The translations under genes and the position numbers were made by a program. Positions 63,201 to 64,000 of a DNA stretch of 64,000 nt are shown piece after piece. Source of the DNA: Perna viridis (taxonomy: Eukaryota); contig CM074515.1 in the NCBI GenBank assembly GCA_037379345.1, forward strand, positions 2,666,001 through 2,730,000, in the 5' to 3' direction. Position 1 is the stretch's first letter. Every line of letters begins with the position of its first letter. The notes beneath the pieces were generated by a model. The model did no database searches. It saw nothing but the letters and a program-made list of their open reading frames with translations, and had not been told where the DNA came from.

Positions 63201-64000
63201 TTTGTATAATAATGTATTGTGGGATTTATACTTGTGTAATATCTACTTCCTGTTTGCCAAAAAAACTTGAATTTTCCTTGTACAGTGGTAATATACATAG
63301 TTAATGTCCCATTTTTCTGATCTACTATTAATCACAGGTTACTGATATATTGTATCAAATTTCCTATAGGGATGTTGTATCCTTAATTGGTACTCATATG
63401 ACATCAACTTTCTTTTTGCCGATGAAACATTAATTTTCCTTATATTGTGATGGAAAGCGGGTTTTATTAGTGAGCTATTTATTTCTTGAGTATAATATGA
63501 ATTTGTTATTCTATTTCTTTGAAATTAAATCTTGTTGAATTACTTGCTTAAGGAGGTAGACCTTGGGTGAAGGGACAAAACTCTTATATTACAAATTGTT
63601 GGAGCGTTTGTATTCAGCATTTTACATCAATTTCACTGTATGCATCAAAGTAACTTGGACTGATTTCATTTTGTTTCAAATGAAATCTTGATAGGTGTTG
63701 GTGAAATTGAATAAGATACAAGCTTATCACTGATTTCAAGAGTTACATCCCTTACACTAGGTCATCTTCCTTAACTTATACAAAAACTTTACATTTACGT
63801 TCAATTGTCTATTACCTGTATTACCTAAGCAGCTTAGGGAGGTTGTAGCGCTAAACAAGGGGATCCTGGTTCTGTTTATTACATTAGTAGTAAAGTACTG
63901 ACTTAATTAGTCAGCATAAATCTCTCAATTATATTACATTAGCAATACTATCAATTTTATTTTAGTTCCAAGCGTTACCGCAGGACCAAAAAGATGTGAA
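15161..64000 (+). CDS. Giant secreted multidomain protein: signal peptide - VWA - VWA - ShKT x2 - VWC-like x2 - ShKT - VWC-like x27 with Pro/Thr-rich linkers - ShKT - (continues beyond window)
   Basis: 67 phase-compatible exons traced by eye: 15161-15218, 16045-16050, 16865-17425, 17674-17700, 18172-18774, 19029-19157, 19366-19497, 20396-20422, 20717-20834, 21248-21390, 21549-21663, 23245-23384, 25163-25291, 26570-26596, 27940-28054, 28607-28851, 29248-29362, 29697-29962, 30959-31073, 31849-32024, 32413-32527, 32855-33030, 33531-33645, 34006-34208, 34887-35001, 35942-36165, 36660-36774, 37332-37549, 37700-37814, 38678-38931, 39611-39725, 40439-40650, 41191-41305, 41589-41948, 42536-42747, 43111-43225, 43429-43718, 43955-44069, 44484-44683, 45235-45349, 46177-46412, 46545-46659, 47133-47344, 47821-47935, 48154-48488, 48789-48903, 49201-49352, 49624-49738, 50209-50399, 50647-50761, 51023-51213, 52500-52614, 52739-52986, 53276-53387, 54961-55278, 55462-55760, 56041-56155, 56517-56779, 57646-57760, 58027-58274, 58511-58625, 58888-59156, 59607-59721, 61325-61542, 62227-62341, 62723-62985, 63966-64000+. 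About 11.6 kb coding, ~3,870 aa. Confidence 0.88.
16865..17425 (+). CDS. von Willebrand factor A domain 1 (degenerate MIDAS)
   Basis: CIPQDIMFMVDTSSGVG..IRVGIMTFS..TTEALKYL..GVLVSNG..YTVGIG; single phase-1/phase-1 exon. Confidence 0.9.
17790..18047 (+). repeat. Interspersed repeat, probably a Penelope-associated terminal-repeat fragment; partial inverted copy at ~59255-59360
   Basis: '..tgttctttgttgtgtttgtctgttttccatgtc..cattcttttg..ttggttcc.ttgatta' recurs as the reverse complement at 59255-59350. The family assignment is from memory only. Confidence 0.45.
18172..18774 (+). CDS. von Willebrand factor A domain 2 (intact MIDAS)
   Basis: KADLVFAVDGSGSIG..VHVGLVKFS..GGGTNTAEAI..IAVVITDGRS..SIGIG. 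Confidence 0.93.
19029..19497 (+). CDS. Two ShKT (ShK toxin-like) domain exons, 19029-19157 and 19366-19497
   Basis: CQDVQPNCKSFQDDMCTNYAPWAKDNCARFCGFC and CVDRLTDCASYGLFVCSDARYKDWAGDNCRKFCGFC follow the 6-Cys ShKT pattern. Confidence 0.85.
23638..24205. mobile_element. piggyBac-like MITE
   Basis: TTAA|CCCTTTCCATCAT ... ATAAAGGAAAGGA|TTAA: imperfect 13-bp TIR with TTAA on both sides. Confidence 0.55.
25163..25291 (+). CDS. ShKT domain exon 3
   Basis: CVNAIANCERYGTDVCNNFAGWASDNCRSYCGLC. Confidence 0.85.
25425..26103. repeat. 26-bp minisatellite, ~26 copies
   Basis: Unit agtccctcccaactaaaggtaattat. Confidence 0.95.
27154..27360. mobile_element. TTAA-flanked MITE (Kolobok-like), copy 1
   Basis: ttaa|ggaggtagacctagggtaagggacataactc ... 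gagttgtgtcccttaccctagg. The interior is the reverse complement of 63552-63770. Confidence 0.7.
30375..30808. repeat. ~40-bp minisatellite, ~11 copies
   Basis: Unit atggtcagaatgtctttttgattggttgacattttaagtt. Confidence 0.95.
31230..31672 (+). mobile_element. HINE fragment (same family as 1-573) interrupted by a palindromic MITE at ~31382-31560
   Basis: 'gactccttgtaagagttattgtccttgaaaggcaaaaaa' and end 'gcgattaaggcctattggagcatctagtt'. The inner element has inverted ends acaca.gc.aaatgtgccaca.atga.aatcatatgg / ccatatgattatcatatgtggcacatttggctgtgt. Confidence 0.6.
32002..32165. repeat. Tandem duplication (~45-bp unit, ~4 copies) of an exon end and splice donor
   Basis: taaaccaacttctcctgctccaa|gtaagtcatctttttatgct repeated. 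Confidence 0.9.
34250..34678. mobile_element. MITE-like element with long imperfect TIRs
   Basis: agcttacaatgctctggta..ggaactcctcagcc..tacactaaa versus tttagtgta..ggctgagtagttcc..taccagagctattgtaagct. Confidence 0.55.
35230..35865. repeat. ~27-bp degenerate minisatellite
   Basis: Unit resembles gggttactgatgtacagttttaaaa. Confidence 0.9.
38145..38532. repeat. ~28-bp minisatellite
   Basis: Unit acactgtttattacatctgacatttaac. Confidence 0.93.
39053..39485 (+). mobile_element. HINE-like element of a further family; related remnants at ~45912-45990 and ~63055-63490
   Basis: Starts tttttatacccccgct; ends gcagggatatc + hairpin tgtgagc-catt-gctcaca + tcttg. Confidence 0.55.
42110..42318. mobile_element. 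TA-flanked Tc1/mariner/pogo-like MITE
   Basis: ta|ctgtaaacatacaaattttt ... gaaaattaatacgtttacag|ta. Confidence 0.6.
42740..42985. repeat. ~35-bp tandem repeat (~7 copies) containing the splice donor of exon 42536-42747
   Basis: caaagtaagcacacactattttaaatatcaacta repeated. Confidence 0.92.
44790..45140. repeat. ~40-bp minisatellite (explains the spurious ORF 44856-45176)
   Basis: Unit ccagtaatcagtgcaattactctgctgagttcttacacag. Confidence 0.9.
45385..45737. repeat. ~34-bp minisatellite with higher-order variants
   Basis: Unit gtaatgtaggaagtaatgaccatttaataaacaa; a variant with 'aagtttgttag' recurs. Confidence 0.92.
49878..50103. mobile_element. pogo/Tigger-like MITE
   Basis: ta|cagtgaaacctgtctaaaa ... 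ttttgacaggtttcactg TIRs; internal 'ctgtctaaaccaaaccctg' repeats. Related remnant at ~36790-37050. Confidence 0.65.
51341..52037 (+). mobile_element. piggyBac internal-deletion derivative
   Basis: TTAA|CCCTTATCGTGCT ... AGCACTACAAGGG|TAAA (11/13 TIR match). Left arm is CpG-rich. ORF 51598 has an acidic 'NSDSEGKFKGFDSLDDDE' start like piggyBac transposase N-termini. Splits a ~60-bp tandem repeat. Confidence 0.65.
53736..54782 (+). mobile_element. Non-autonomous Helentron (HINE) element, near full-length
   Basis: 5' ttttagcttacctggccgaaggccaagtgagc plus a (gtc)n tract; internal ~325-bp tandem units ('tactaaaaatagaacataggggtcaga' at ~53919, 54244, 54577); 3' caggtgagcaattcaggctctcttgagtctctagttt. 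Confidence 0.78.
57124..57465. repeat. ~43-bp minisatellite, ~8 copies
   Basis: Unit ctattgaagtattgttagggatttatgaggtcattttgtagca. Confidence 0.95.
59842..61063 (+). mobile_element. Non-autonomous Helentron (HINE) element, full-length, with composite internal array
   Basis: 5' ttttagctcacctggccaaaggccatgtgagc plus microsatellite; ~310-bp units at ~59954, 60260 and 60580; final units match the 1-573 family; 3' caggtgagcgattcaggctcttgggagcctcttgttt. Confidence 0.8.
62030..62195. repeat. ~43-bp minisatellite; a separate ~33-bp one lies at ~61695-61830
   Basis: Unit cagtatcatcacatgataaatacatgtatgttcattctttgg. Confidence 0.88.
62723..62985 (+). CDS. Second half of VWC-like module 29 plus ShKT domain 4
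   Basis: CPTYNALPSAC..GDCCKEVRC..CYDAISNCKAYGQQACSAMYDAWSRKNCNLTCGHC. Confidence 0.85.
63552..63770. mobile_element. TTAA-flanked MITE (Kolobok-like), copy 2, inverted relative to 27154-27360
   Basis: ttaa|ggaggtagaccttgggtgaagggacaaaactctt ... aagagttacatcccttacactaggtcatcttcc|ttaa. Confidence 0.72.

Overview
AT-rich animal genomic DNA with spliced genes. The repeat families and gene types suggest a bivalve mollusc such as an oyster (inference). There are three main parts. (1) A patched-domain (PTCHD3-like) pseudogene at ~857-10416 (+), broken by frameshifts, a nonsense codon and a 5.2-kb hAT transposon inserted in its first coding exon. (2) The hAT element itself (1279-6485), with 16-bp TIRs and an atypical 5-bp TSD (GAGAC). 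It carries a two-exon gene on the minus strand (6207-6125 joined to 5103-1899, ~1,095 codons). In one frame this gene encodes a PIP-box-like peptide, a herpesvirus-tegument-like (VTD/C76-type) deubiquitinase domain with intact Cys and Asp-x-His residues, an acidic repeat linker and a TTF-zinc-finger hAT transposase. One in-frame TGA interrupts it. This is the top finding. (3) From 15161 past the window end, a giant secreted multidomain gene (+; 67 exons traced by eye, ~3,870 aa so far): signal peptide, 2 VWA, ShKT domains and 29 ten-cysteine VWC-like modules separated by Pro/Thr-rich linkers. Its introns hold Helentron-type (HINE) elements, piggyBac/Kolobok/pogo-like MITEs and many private minisatellites, several of them seeded exactly at splice junctions. 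Penelope-like remnants lie between the genes. All calls come from reading motifs by eye; no database searches were run.
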